64,000 nt of DNA, taken from positions 372,001-436,000 of the forward strand of contig JASVEC010000012.1 of the NCBI GenBank assembly GCA_030770535.1. The letters are read 5' to 3'. Both the position numbers and the translations under genes were made by a program. The stretch comes from Batkoa obscura (lineage: Eukaryota). Below are positions 43,404 to 53,810 of the stretch, in pieces. Within the stretch, counting starts at the first letter, position 1. Each line of letters starts with the position of its first letter. The notes under the pieces were generated by a model. It did not search any database, was not told the DNA's origin, and saw only the letters and a list, made by a program, of their open reading frames with translations.

Positions 43404-43502
43404 GAGGATGTTTTTTTTAGTTTCATTATTTTTTCCATTTTTTAAGCGCTATTTGAGCGGGAAAATTGTTGGTAAAATTCTTAAACAAAAAAATACATCC
43501 CC
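43404..43502 (+). mobile_element. MITE copy
   Basis: ATAT|GAGGATGT...ACATCCCC|ATAT. Confidence 0.9.
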
Positions 43503-43520
43503 ATATAAAATAATGAATAT

Positions 43521-44012
43521 TGTGAAATATTGGTTTATCAGCTCTCGGATTAATTATAAGATAATAATCATTGGACTTGTTTACAAAACTAGTTGTAGTC
43601 TTGTAATCAATTTAACCATGAACCATGTGGTATAATCAATCCAGAGTTCCTTGTTTTGATTTGCTGTGAGGATTTCTAACTTCATATTGTAGAATGATAT
43701 GCTCTCGTTTTGATATCCATACTTGGAGTATAAAAGAGATTCTTTAACATGATAACTCGAGGCTTTTTAATTGGATTACTCCCTGATATCGTACCATCAA
43801 TAAAGCCACTAAGCCTTTGTGACAATATCTTACATAGATTTTACAGTAGCATCTTCTATTATATTTGTTTTACATAATTCGTAGCTTACTACATACTATT
43901 TCTATTAAGTTAAGTCTATGTTAGTTACATAAACTAAGACCCTTCGACTCAAGGCAAGTTAATCAACCAAGGACTGCTTTTAAATCCAACCATTGAGTAT
44001 CAAACTTTCTCA
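43521..44012 (+). mobile_element. Solo LTR with 4-bp TSD ATAT
   Basis: TGTGAAA...TTTCTCA with ATAT on both sides. Confidence 0.9.
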
Positions 44013-44206
44013 ATATATATATAATAAAAACAAATATAATAAAAAATGTAAAAATGAAAGTTTTAATATAAAAATAAAGCACAATAATATTTAAATAATT
44101 AAAATATAAACTACAAAACTAGTTTATATAGTCTATAATAATCTATTAAATTATTTAAAATTACTAAAAGTTTGAATTAATTAAAACTTTTTTATTTAAA
44201 TTAATT

Positions 44207-44672
44207 TGTGAAATATTGCTTTATTTAGCTCTCGGATTGATTATAACGCAACAATCACTTAAGTTGCTGTGTTCTCAAGTTCAAATACAATCAAGTCAGA
44301 GTCCCTTATTTTGATTTGCTGCGAGAATTTCTAACTTCATATTGCAAGGAATAACATCCTCTCGTATTAATATCCATATTTATTGGAGTATAAAAGAGAT
44401 TCTTCAATATGATAACTCCAGGTTTTTTTAATTGGATTACTCCCTGATAACGTATCATTAATAAAGTCACTAAGTCTTTCTGACAACATCTGATATAGAT
44501 TTTATAGTAGTATCTTCCATTGTATTTGTTTTACATAATTTGTAGCTTACTACATACTATTTCTATTAAGTTAAGTCTACCTTAGTTATATAAACTAAGA
44601 CCCTTCGACTCAAGGCAAGTTAATTAAGCAAGAGTAGCTTTTAACTTCGGCCACTAAGTATCAACTTTCACA
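44207..44672 (+). repeat. 5' LTR
   Basis: TGTGAAA...TTTCACA; no difference from the 3' LTR seen by eye. Confidence 0.97.
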
Positions 44673-44674
44673 CT

Positions 44675-44691
44675 TGGCGCTCATAGCTGGG
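44675..44691 (+). other. Primer-binding site TGGCGCTCATAGCTGGG
   Basis: Begins with TGG 2 nt after the 5' LTR; complementary to a tRNA-like 3' end ...CCCAGCUAUGAGCGCCA; tRNA identity not determined. Confidence 0.8.
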
Positions 44692-44790
44692 AAAGCTCCT
44701 ATAACTACACTAGGTAGCCTTTATAGCCTTTCCTTTACGGTTCTTACCGCGTAACCACCCCAACCCTCCAATCCCCTTAATTCACAGACT

Positions 44791-47292
44791 ATGATCAACA
44801 ATAGCCTCATACCCTATTTTGCTGACTCAAGATATCTCCTTGATAACCGTCAACAATTGACTATCACTGAATATGACATGGGTAGTAGTGATGAAGAAGA
44901 AGCTAGTGTTCTGACCCCAGAAATAGACACTGCTGCTTTAAATCAAGCTGCCCTACCTCCTCATGTTGTAAGCTCGGTCGTTACCTATGGAGCTGTTCCT
45001 ATGCACGTTCTTAATGGTGATCTCTCTGCTTGGAGACAATACCAAAGTAGTAGCTCCAGTACCCAAATTACTTTTCGTGCTCAGTACCAAACGGTACCTA
45101 CCCTTTCCCACGTTCAACAATATTTAGTAGAGTTCTTGCACAACAAACTCATCCAGATGGTTGGTGAACTCAACCGTCTCTCAACTCACAATAATGAATT
45201 GTCTACCTCTTTAAGCTCGCTTCTAGGTACGGTTAATAATCTCTCCATGGTCATCAACCAAAACAATGATGTCATCACCCCATCAAATGAATTCCATACC
45301 AGTAAGTTTAATGAATTCAACCAAAGGCTCAATGATACTGTTAGTTATGAAGTATATAGAGATTTGGCAAGAGAAGTAGGAGACTTCAAGGCTGAATTGC
45401 ATCAGCTTGATACTGCCTTACATTCCGAACTCATTAAGATCTCTGACGAGATCAACCTTTCCCTCACTGAGATCAATGACCATACTGCTCAAAGGATCTC
45501 AGATATCGACGGAAAAGTGAAAATCACTTTTGCAGAACTTAATAGATCGTTGATGACTAGATTCACCGAGTATAATCATCGTTTATCCTATGTTGAGCAA
45601 TCCCCTGCGTCTGCATCAGCCAAAGATGCCAGAATCTTGGCTTTAGAACAAGATTTAGCTGCTTGTAATGTACAACTGACTCAACAAGTGACCACCATTA
45701 GCCAGCTCATCACTTCCAATAATAATTTGAAGGAACAAATTAGATTAGATAAAGAGCAGTCAGCGGCTGACTGGGAAGAAATTTCGCGTAATATACAGAG
45801 TACCAAGGAAGAGCTTATTATTCTTCAAACTAAGGTAGCTTCCAATACCAGCCAAATCAAGGCATCTTCTTGTAATTGTAGAAAGGAACGTATCGCTGTT
45901 TCAGCACCTCACTCCAGACTCTCGACTTATAGAGATGTTCCGAGATATAATATGTATGATCTAGGTGATGGTACCACAGAATCTATTCTTGACACTGAAT
46001 ATCAAATGAACCCTAAGTATCGTGGTTCTATTCACTTGGTACAACCGGATGATCAACCCAAGAAAGGAGAAAGTCCACCTCAATTACTTCCTAGAATGAC
46101 CACTGCACCTACTGATGGTATTTACTCAAGAAACCCTGCTACAGGATCTAATGCTGAGCCAATAAGATCTCATGTACAACCCTATGCTGAAGTTAACCTG
46201 GACAATCCTTTTAACAATAGTAACAAAAACAAGTTGCCATATATTGCTCCAAAAATCACTCAACATGTACCCTATGAGCAATCTTCATCTCACTACGTAC
46301 AACCCGAGCGGATTCCTGTTCAAAATAACTATGGTATATCACATAATAATCATGACGCCTATTATGGCCATCCTGGACCTTCTGGTAACAATCTAAACCC
46401 GCATAGCTTCTCAACATACCCCCACAATTATCCGAGAAGCTCCCAACCCGTTAATACCAAGTTTAATTTTAGTCTCCTATTCAATCCAAATGAAATCACT
46501 GCTACTACTTTCATCAAAGCGCTAGAAGTTCATCTTGATGCCAACAATTGGACCTACGAGTGTCGCCCTCAATGTCTCTTAGGTCAGCTTCAAACAAACG
46601 AGCTTTCCTGGTGTATGACCCTACCTGATGACTTACGCAGTAACTGGAACTCTTTTAAAAAGGCATTCATAGATCACTATGATTCCGATGTAAAAATGGA
46701 AGCAAAAAAGGCAGCCCTTTTATCTTTACGACTAGACGATGAAAGCAAACTTGAAAATTACATTGCAAACGTAAAAAATCGTGCTAATGCTTTAATTTCC
46801 TGTGGGAAGTTAAGCGTTACAGACCTCCGCCTGGCCTTCCAACGAAACCTTCCAAGTCACATCGCACGTCTTTTTCTAGACCCTCATCATAATATCACCA
46901 ATATTACTCAGATGATAGAGATTTTAGAGCTATACCTCGGAAGTCCAAAAAGCGAAGTTAAATCCAAGAAACTATACGTTAATCATATAGATAAAGAAAC
47001 GGACAACAACGAATATCTTCATTGCTTTGCCATTACACAACAGCACTACTCCAACCATCGTAAATCTCGAGTATTTACTGGATGCTGGAACTGTGGTGAA
47101 CATGGACATATTGCCGTCAATTGTATTGAACCAAAGCCAGAAAATGGTATTTTTAAATATTACTTTGAAAAAAATGTTCGCAATAGTAAACATTTTAACA
47201 AAAATAAACAAGTTAATCACCTCAATTATAATTATAATGATGGTGACACTGAAAAGTTTGTTGACCCCAACAGCGAGTCAAAAAACTTCTAA
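44791..47292 (+). CDS. gag: Gag, with long coiled-coil N-terminus, capsid-like region and CCHC knuckle
   Basis: 833 aa; W..FK.AF..HY; CWNCGEHGHIAVNC. Confidence 0.92.
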   Translation: MINNSLIPYFADSRYLLDNRQQLTITEYDMGSSDEEEASVLTPEIDTAALNQAALPPHVVSSVVTYGAVPMHVLNGDLSAWRQYQSSSSSTQITFRAQYQTVPTLSHVQQYLVEFLHNKLIQMVGELNRLSTHNNELSTSLSSLLGTVNNLSMVINQNNDVITPSNEFHTSKFNEFNQRLNDTVSYEVYRDLAREVGDFKAELHQLDTALHSELIKISDEINLSLTEINDHTAQRISDIDGKVKITFAELNRSLMTRFTEYNHRLSYVEQSPASASAKDARILALEQDLAACNVQLTQQVTTISQLITSNNNLKEQIRLDKEQSAADWEEISRNIQSTKEELIILQTKVASNTSQIKASSCNCRKERIAVSAPHSRLSTYRDVPRYNMYDLGDGTTESILDTEYQMNPKYRGSIHLVQPDDQPKKGESPPQLLPRMTTAPTDGIYSRNPATGSNAEPIRSHVQPYAEVNLDNPFNNSNKNKLPYIAPKITQHVPYEQSSSHYVQPERIPVQNNYGISHNNHDAYYGHPGPSGNNLNPHSFSTYPHNYPRSSQPVNTKFNFSLLFNPNEITATTFIKALEVHLDANNWTYECRPQCLLGQLQTNELSWCMTLPDDLRSNWNSFKKAFIDHYDSDVKMEAKKAALLSLRLDDESKLENYIANVKNRANALISCGKLSVTDLRLAFQRNLPSHIARLFLDPHHNITNITQMIEILELYLGSPKSEVKSKKLYVNHIDKETDNNEYLHCFAITQQHYSNHRKSRVFTGCWNCGEHGHIAVNCIEPKPENGIFKYYFEKNVRNSKHFNKNKQVNHLNYNYNDGDTEKFVDPNSESKNF

Positions 47293-47340
47293 GTGGGAGG
47301 GTAAATGAGGATCCCCCTTCCACGAAATCAAAAATTCCTC
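47280..47340 (+). promoter_or_regulatory. -1 programmed ribosomal frameshift signal
   Basis: A AAA AAC in gag frame, 6-nt spacer, stem GTGGGAGGG/CCCTTCCAC; pol is in the -1 frame and open from here. Confidence 0.85.
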
Positions 47341-50300
47341 CTGATCCAGATGAAAGCACTGAATTAGACTTCGAAATTAACACGCTTTCAAAATTTGACC
47401 CCTCTACCCTCATCCTAGCACTACCTTCCAAAATTCGTGGCAGACCCAAGAAGAAAAAGGTTCCCGTCGTTGAAATTCCTAAAGTCATTCCACGTCGAAT
47501 TGATAAGTCACCTGATAACTCTATCAATGCCCCTGATTCTGCCTTGATAAATGAAATTGCTAAACCTTACATTTCACAATTATCCGATTTATCCAAACTG
47601 TCCCTTACACAAAGTGAACTAGATAATACACACCAGTGGTTAACTAATGTTACCATCCCAATTCCTCTAGACAAAATCCTAACTGGAGAATCAGACTTAG
47701 CAATTGCATTTAGAAACATCATTAGAGAATATCAGAATCCAAATAAACAGATCCTCTTAGTAAACCTCGATGCCAAAGCCAACTCCACCGATTGTACTTA
47801 CATTAATGCGTCGATTTACAAAAAAAATGTGCGTATAATATTAGATAGCGGAGCTCCCATCAATTTCATATCGAGTCGTCTGGTAAAACGATTACCCTTT
47901 AAACCGGATATAGATTGTTCGGACACCTTCGGTACAGCCGGAACCGGAACCGTCACGGCACTAGGAGCATACTCATCAATCCCTATTAAGTTTGGAAAGC
48001 TAACTTTAGCCTTTCCAGCGATAGTGTTGGAAAGCGAAGGTTACGACTTCCTCCTAGGCACCGAATTCTTTGTGAAACATGGTTGCCAATTATTGTACGA
48101 TCAAAATATCTTAAAAGTATTAGATCAATCCATTCCAATGTACTACAATAAGCCAAGGAACCTAACCATTAACAACATAAGCAACAAAACTCCTGACTGT
48201 CGTATAATGAGCTATCGGACTAACAATAAATCAGTTGACGTTACTCTCTGCGGATTAGAATCTGTGATTTATCAATATCCAGATATAGCATATAAGCAGT
48301 CTGGAATCCCCATTATTTCCCCTAAGAACTTACTAATACCGCCTAAATCACAGGTAGTACTAGACACCGAAATCTCATTATGGGTACCTAAGGAGTTCCA
48401 TCTATCTATATACAGTATAGAAAGTGTTTCAAGATTAGAACCTCTAACTATGCCCGGGATTTTAGGTAATAACATGAATGAGACTATAAAACTACTGCTT
48501 GCCAACATTACCGAAAAAGATATCAAAATCTCTAGAGGTCAACAGGTTGGTACAATCCACGTAGAAAATAACATTGTGATTAATACTTTCAGTAAATTTG
48601 CAACACTAGAAGAATTCCAAATTTATGAAGAAGCCCCTAATAACCAAACCCTGTTTGTTGAGAAAGACACTATTAAACATCTAAACCCAGATGAACAACT
48701 TCAATTTTATAAATTGCTGGAAGAATATAAAGACGTCTTTGCAACTTCAGAAGAAGATATTGGCTGTGCCCGCAATACTAAACATAAAGTATATACATGT
48801 GATTCACTACCTGTTGCAACTAAAGCATATCGTAAATCTCAGTCTGAACTTAAGGCAGAACGAGAAGAAGTCCAAAAACTTTTAAGATTAGGTTTGATTA
48901 TCCCTTCAAATAGTCCATGGGCCTCTCCCCTTATGATTGTTAAGAAAAAAGATGGAACTAATAGAGTAGTTATGGACTATAGGAAACTCAACAAAATCAC
49001 AAAGAAGGATGTATATCCACTACCCAGAATAGATGATGCTGTTGACCGCTTACAAGGTGCAAAATACTTTTCAGCAATGGATCTAATCTCAGGATACTGG
49101 CAGGTAGAAATGGATCCGGAAGACCAAGAGAAATGCGCTTTGATTACTTCCGAAGGACTATTTCAACCAACGAGGATGCCACAAGGCCTTTCAAACGCTC
49201 CTGCTACATTCCAACGTCTTATGGATAATACACTAGGTGATCTTAAGCTCTCATGTGTACTAATTTACTTAGACGACTTGAATGTGTTCTCGAAGACTTT
49301 CGTGGATCACCTAAATCACCTTAAAGCAGTATTCGAACGTCTTCGCCAAGCTAACTTAAAGTTAAAGCCAAAAAAATGCTCATTTTTCCAAACTAGTCTG
49401 GAATTTTTAGGCTACAAGGTCTCTGACAAAGGTTTAGCTCCTATTCCTAATAAATTAGATGCAGTAAAAGAGCTTTTCCCCCCAACTACGATGAGAGAAG
49501 TACAAGTATTCCTCGGACTAATGAATTACTACCGAAGATTTATAAAAGATTTTTCGAACTTAGCCACTCCACTATTCCAATTGTTAAAGAAAGAAGTCAA
49601 GTTTCAATGGAAAGAAGAACACCAACAAGCCTTTGAAGAACTTCGCGATAAGCTGCTTAACGCCCCAGTGTTGATGTTTCCAAATTTCTCAAAGCCCTTC
49701 TCCCTGCATACCGACGCTAGCCTAACGGCAGTTGGAGGTGTTTTAAGTCAACTGGATGATGACAACTGCGAGCATCCAATAGCTTATACCTCTAGAACCT
49801 TATCGAAGCATGAGAGGAATTACACTACGACAGAGAAGGAATGCCTTGCAATTATTCATGCTATAAAGGCATTTAGACCGTATATCTATGGCACTCACTT
49901 TACTGTTATTACCGACCATGTTTCCCTAAAGTGGTTATATTCAATCACTAATCCTGAAGGACGTCTAGCTAGGTGGGCTCTAAAACTACAATCGTATAGT
50001 TTTGATATAGTATATAAGCCAGGTAAAGATCACCAAAATGCAGATGGGCTTAGTAGGTTACCCAGGATCTGTCTAGCCACCCCCATAGATGATGATCTGT
50101 ACAACCTATTGGGTAATAAAAATAAGTGGCCGCAACAACAACCTGAGCTTAAACAATGGCTTGAGAAAAATGCCCAGAATATCATTGTCAAAAGTAATGC
50201 ATTGTACAAAAAGATTAAAGGAACATATATTCCGTATATTAAGCCTTCTTCGCGGCTATCTGCATGTCAACAGTTTCACAATGTGATCTGCGGGCATTCA

Positions 50301-51302
50301 GCCTTCCAAAAAACATATGACACCATGAAAGTTTCCTGCTATTGGGAATCAATGATACCAGACTTAGAAGACTTCATAAATAATTGTGATGTTTGTAAAA
50401 GAGAACAAAGTAGGATAAAAGTAACAGCTTACAAGTTTATTTTACCTAAACATGCATTCCACACGGTAAGTATAGATGTGATAGGCCCTCTTTGTGAAGC
50501 TTCTTCAGTAAGAGGAAATAAGTATATCGTTGTAGCTATAGACCATCTAACTAAGTGGGTTGAAGCTAGAGCAATACCAAACCAGACTTCCTTCCACATA
50601 TCTAAATTTATATATGAAGATATTATTTGTAGACATGGAAGCCCACAGGTGATACTTACCGATAATGCTGCCAATTTTGTTAATCTAGTTCTCCCAAAAT
50701 TAGCCAGACTAATGGCCATAAGACATTCTACTGCAGCTCCGTATCATCCAGAAACTAATGGAATGGTTGAGAGAGTAAACGGTACACTAATACGTATACT
50801 AAGAAAACTAGCTTTTGACAAAACTAGCTGTTGGGATGAATATCTACATTCCGCTATTTTAGCATATAGATATTCAGTACACAGTATTACTAAAAAGTCT
50901 CCTTTTATTATGCTTTATGGGAGACACCCTGGGCTCCCCATATCTTTTGCCCCTTTAATCGCTAAACAAGGCGAGATAAGCCCTGACATATACTTGGCTA
51001 AACTAACAAAAAAATTGATAGCTATCCAAGTTGAAGCCTTTAACGCATTAACAGATTCGAAGATAAAGAGGTATCAGCAAGATATGTCCAGACTTCCTAG
51101 TCTAGCCACTTTCAAGGTAGGAGATATTGTTTATTTGTATCCTTCCTACAACCAACCTAGAAAAAATAAACTGGCACTGAAATGGGACGGACCATATGAA
51201 ATCATACATAAACACTTGTATGATAGCTATTCGATTAAACATAAAGGAACAAGCGTCATTTATAATCGAGTCCATGCCAAGTTTCTCAAATCAGCAATGT
51301 GA
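47280..51302 (+). CDS. pol: Pol (protease, dUTPase-like, RT, RNase H, integrase), expressed as a Gag-Pol fusion
   Basis: ILDSGA; SPWASP, DYRKLN, YPLPRID, YLDD; HTDAS, TTEKECLA, TDH; HHCC, TDNAANF, PETNGMVER, WDGPY. Confidence 0.96.
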   Translation, partial: KKLLSGRVNEDPPSTKSKIPPDPDESTELDFEINTLSKFDPSTLILALPSKIRGRPKKKKVPVVEIPKVIPRRIDKSPDNSINAPDSALINEIAKPYISQLSDLSKLSLTQSELDNTHQWLTNVTIPIPLDKILTGESDLAIAFRNIIREYQNPNKQILLVNLDAKANSTDCTYINASIYKKNVRIILDSGAPINFISSRLVKRLPFKPDIDCSDTFGTAGTGTVTALGAYSSIPIKFGKLTLAFPAIVLESEGYDFLLGTEFFVKHGCQLLYDQNILKVLDQSIPMYYNKPRNLTINNISNKTPDCRIMSYRTNNKSVDVTLCGLESVIYQYPDIAYKQSGIPIISPKNLLIPPKSQVVLDTEISLWVPKEFHLSIYSIESVSRLEPLTMPGILGNNMNETIKLLLANITEKDIKISRGQQVGTIHVENNIVINTFSKFATLEEFQIYEEAPNNQTLFVEKDTIKHLNPDEQLQFYKLLEEYKDVFATSEEDIGCARNTKHKVYTCDSLPVATKAYRKSQSELKAEREEVQKLLRLGLIIPSNSPWASPLMIVKKKDGTNRVVMDYRKLNKITKKDVYPLPRIDDAVDRLQGAKYFSAMDLISGYWQVEMDPEDQEKCALITSEGLFQPTRMPQGLSNAPATFQRLMDNTLGDLKLSCVLIYLDDLNVFSKTFVDHLNHLKAVFERLRQANLKLKPKKCSFFQTSLEFLGYKVSDKGLAPIPNKLDAVKELFPPTTMREVQVFLGLMNYYRRFIKDFSNLATPLFQLLKKEVKFQWKEEHQQAFEELRDKLLNAPVLMFPNFSKPFSLHTDASLTAVGGVLSQLDDDNCEHPIAYTSRTLSKHERNYTTTEKECLAIIHAIKAFRPYIYGTHFTVITDHVSLKWLYSITNPEGRLARWALKLQSYSFDIVYKPGKDHQNADGLSRLPRICLATPIDDDLYNLLGNKNKWPQQQPELKQWLEKNAQNIIVKSNALYKKIKGTYIPYIKPSSRLSACQQFHNVICGHSAFQKTYDTMKVSCYWESMIPDLEDFINNCDVCKREQSRIKVTAYKFILPKHAFHTVSIDVIGPLCEASSVRGNKYIVVAIDHLTKWVEARAIPNQTSFHISKFIYEDIICRHGSPQVILTDNAANFVNLVLPKLARLMAIRHSTAAPYHPETNGMVERVNGTLIRILRKLAFDKTSCWDEYLHSAILAYRYSVHSITKKSPFIMLYGRHPGLPISFAPLIAKQGEISPDIYLAKLTKKLIAIQVEAFNALTDSKIKRYQQDMSRLPSLATFKVGDIVYLYPSYNQPRKNKLALKWDGPYEIIHKHLYDSYSIKHKGTSVIYNRVHAKFLKSAM

Positions 51303-51377
51303 TTCAATGAGTACAATTCGTAACTAGTCAAATTGCTCTTGGTAAGTAAATCATAAAAATTCACTACATCAAATCAT

Positions 51378-51388
51378 AGGGAGGGAAA
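51378..51388 (+). other. Polypurine tract AGGGAGGGAAA
   Basis: Immediately precedes the 3' LTR. Confidence 0.9.
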
Positions 51389-51854
51389 TGTGAAATATTG
51401 CTTTATTTAGCTCTCGGATTGATTATAACGCAACAATCACTTAAGTTGCTGTGTTCTCAAGTTCAAATACAATCAAGTCAGAGTCCCTTATTTTGATTTG
51501 CTGCGAGAATTTCTAACTTCATATTGCAAGGAATAACATCCTCTCGTATTAATATCCATATTTATTGGAGTATAAAAGAGATTCTTCAATATGATAACTC
51601 CAGGTTTTTTTAATTGGATTACTCCCTGATAACGTATCATTAATAAAGTCACTAAGTCTTTCTGACAACATCTGATATAGATTTTATAGTAGTATCTTCC
51701 ATTGTATTTGTTTTACATAATTTGTAGCTTACTACATACTATTTCTATTAAGTTAAGTCTACCTTAGTTATATAAACTAAGACCCTTCGACTCAAGGCAA
51801 GTTAATTAAGCAAGAGTAGCTTTTAACTTCGGCCACTAAGTATCAACTTTCACA
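51389..51854 (+). repeat. 3' LTR
   Basis: Direct repeat of 44207-44672. Confidence 0.97.
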
Positions 51855-52159
51855 AATTTATATAAGTAGCATTATTTTATTTAAATATTTCTAATTAAAA
51901 TATAATAGTTTTGAAAATAATAACTTTTATATTTATAATGAATTTGTATTACAGTGTTATAATAATTACTTTTATTTAAATAAGCTAATAACAGGCAATT
52001 TAATTTAAAAATAAAAATTCTAAATTAGAAAATATTAATGTTTTATAATTTTTTAAATATTGAATTTTAAAAAACATGGGGATGTTTAAATTAATTTTAA
52101 ACTTCAATTAAAAATTAATATAAAATTTAAAGTTTTAAATTTATAAATTTCTAATATAT

Positions 52160-52253
52160 AAGGATGTATTTTTTATTTAAAAATTTTACTAACAGCTTTT
52201 TTTATTCAAGTAGTGTTTAAAAAAAAAGTGATAAAGCCAAAAAAAACACCCTC
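52160..52253 (-). mobile_element. Decayed MITE copy
   Basis: ATAT|AAGGATGT...ACACCCTC|ATAT. Confidence 0.75.
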
Positions 52254-52353
52254 ATATGATTAGTTAAATTAAAAATTTAAATTAAAAATAAATTTGGAGA
52301 ACTTCAATTATTTTATTTCACTTAAATAGTTAATTTTTCTAAATATTTTATAT

Positions 52354-52914
52354 GGGGGTGTTTTTTCTGGCTTTATTTTTTCCATCTTTTAAGCACTATT
52401 TGAGTTGTGAAATATTGCTTTATTTAGCTCTCGGATTGATTATAACGCAACAATCACTTAAGTTGCTGTGTTCTCAAGTTCAAATACAATCAAATCAGAG
52501 TCCCTTATTTTGATTTGCTGCGAGAATTTATAACTTCATATTGTAAAGAATATTATCTCCTTTTAATATCCATATTTATTGGAGTATAAAAGAGATTCCT
52601 CAATATGATAACTCGAGGCTTTTTAACTGAATTACTCCCTGATATCGTACTATTAATAAAGCCACTAAGTCTTTCTGACAACATCTTACGTAGATTTTAC
52701 AGTAGTATTGTCTATTCTATTTGTTTTACATAGTTCGTAACTTATTACGTATTATTCCTATTCATTTAAGTCTATGTTAGTTACATAAACTAAGACCGTT
52801 CGACTCAAGGCAAGTTAATCAAGCAAGAACTGTTTTTAACTCCTACCACTGAGTACCAACTTTCACAGAGTGGAAAGATTGTTAGTAAGATTGTCGAACA
52901 AAAAATACATCCCC
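52354..52914 (+). mobile_element. MITE split by a solo LTR
   Basis: Left half 52354-52405 and right half 52868-52914 rejoin into a complete MITE. Confidence 0.9.
52406..52867 (+). mobile_element. Solo LTR with TSD GAGT
   Basis: TGTGAAA...TTTCACA with GAGT on both sides. Confidence 0.93.
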
Positions 52915-52926
52915 ATATAATAGAAT

Positions 52927-53489
52927 TGTGAAATATTACTTTATTTAGCTCTCGGATTGATTATAACACAACAATCACTTAAGTTGTGTTCTCAAGTTCA
53001 AACACAATCAAGTCAGAGTCTCTTATTTTGATTTGCTGCGAGAATTTATAACTTCATATGGGGATGTATTTTTGTGTTTAAGAATTTTACTAAAAAGTTT
53101 TCCGCTCAAATAGCGCTTAAAAATGGAAAAAATAATGAAGCCAAAAAAACACCCCCATATTGCAAAGAATATTATCCTCTCGTTTTGATATCCATACTTG
53201 TTGGAGTATAAAAGAGATTCTTCAATATGATAACTCAAGGCTTTTTAATTGGATTACTCCCTGATAATGTATCATTAATAAAGTCACTAAGTCTTTCTGA
53301 CAACATCTGATATAGATTTTATAGTAGTATCTTCCATTGTATTTGTTTTACATAATTCATAGCTTACTACATACTATTTCTATTAAGTTAAGTCTATGTT
53401 AGTTACATAAACTAAGACCCTTCGACTCAAGGCAAGTTAATTAAACAAGAGTAGTTTTTAACTTCAACCACTAAGTATCAACTTTCACA
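52927..53489 (+). mobile_element. Solo LTR with TSD GAAT, carrying a MITE
   Basis: TGTGAAA...TTTCACA with GAAT on both sides. Confidence 0.93.
53060..53156 (-). mobile_element. MITE inserted in a solo LTR
   Basis: Empty site CTTCATATTG in the other LTRs; here CTTC-ATAT-[MITE]-ATAT-TG. Confidence 0.93.
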
Positions 53490-53697
53490 GAATTCCAATT
53501 AAAGTTGTAAAGTTTATAAAAATCAAAAAATTAGCTCCAGCTTATTTTACAAAAATAACTGAAAATTCAAAAGTTTTAATATTTATTAAACAGATAGTTT
53601 ATTAAATAATAAAAATAGATTATTGAATATTGGTGTTATTTAAATTATTAATAATTGAATTAACAAATGATCAGAGAGCAAATAGTTATAACAATAT

Positions 53698-53793
53698 GGG
53701 GACGTATTTTTTTGTTTAACAATCTTACTAACAATCTTTCCACTCAAATAGCGTTTAAAAAATGAAAAAGTGATGAAACCAAAAAATGTCACC
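53698..53793 (-). mobile_element. MITE copy
   Basis: ATAT|GGGGACGT...TCACC|ATAT. Confidence 0.85.
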
Positions 53794-53810
53794 ATATGTA
53801 AGGGCTATTA

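Larger units (their letters stand above)
44207..51854 (+). mobile_element. Full-length Ty3/Gypsy LTR retrotransposon
   Basis: Two 466-bp LTRs, 4-bp TSD AATT, PBS, PPT, gag, and pol in PR-RT-RH-IN order. Confidence 0.98.

Noticed and set aside
43402..43635. ORF MRMFFLVSLFF...
   Set aside because: Reads through a MITE and a solo LTR
47544..47546. Independent pol start codon
   Set aside because: It is a TTG; the frame is open back to the slippery site, so a Gag-Pol fusion explains it better
51100..51388. Chromodomain or env gene in the retrotransposon
   Set aside because: Pol stops shortly after the GPY module and under 90 bp remain before the 3' LTR
53023..53238. 71-aa minus-strand ORF
   Set aside because: Lies within the LTR/MITE nest
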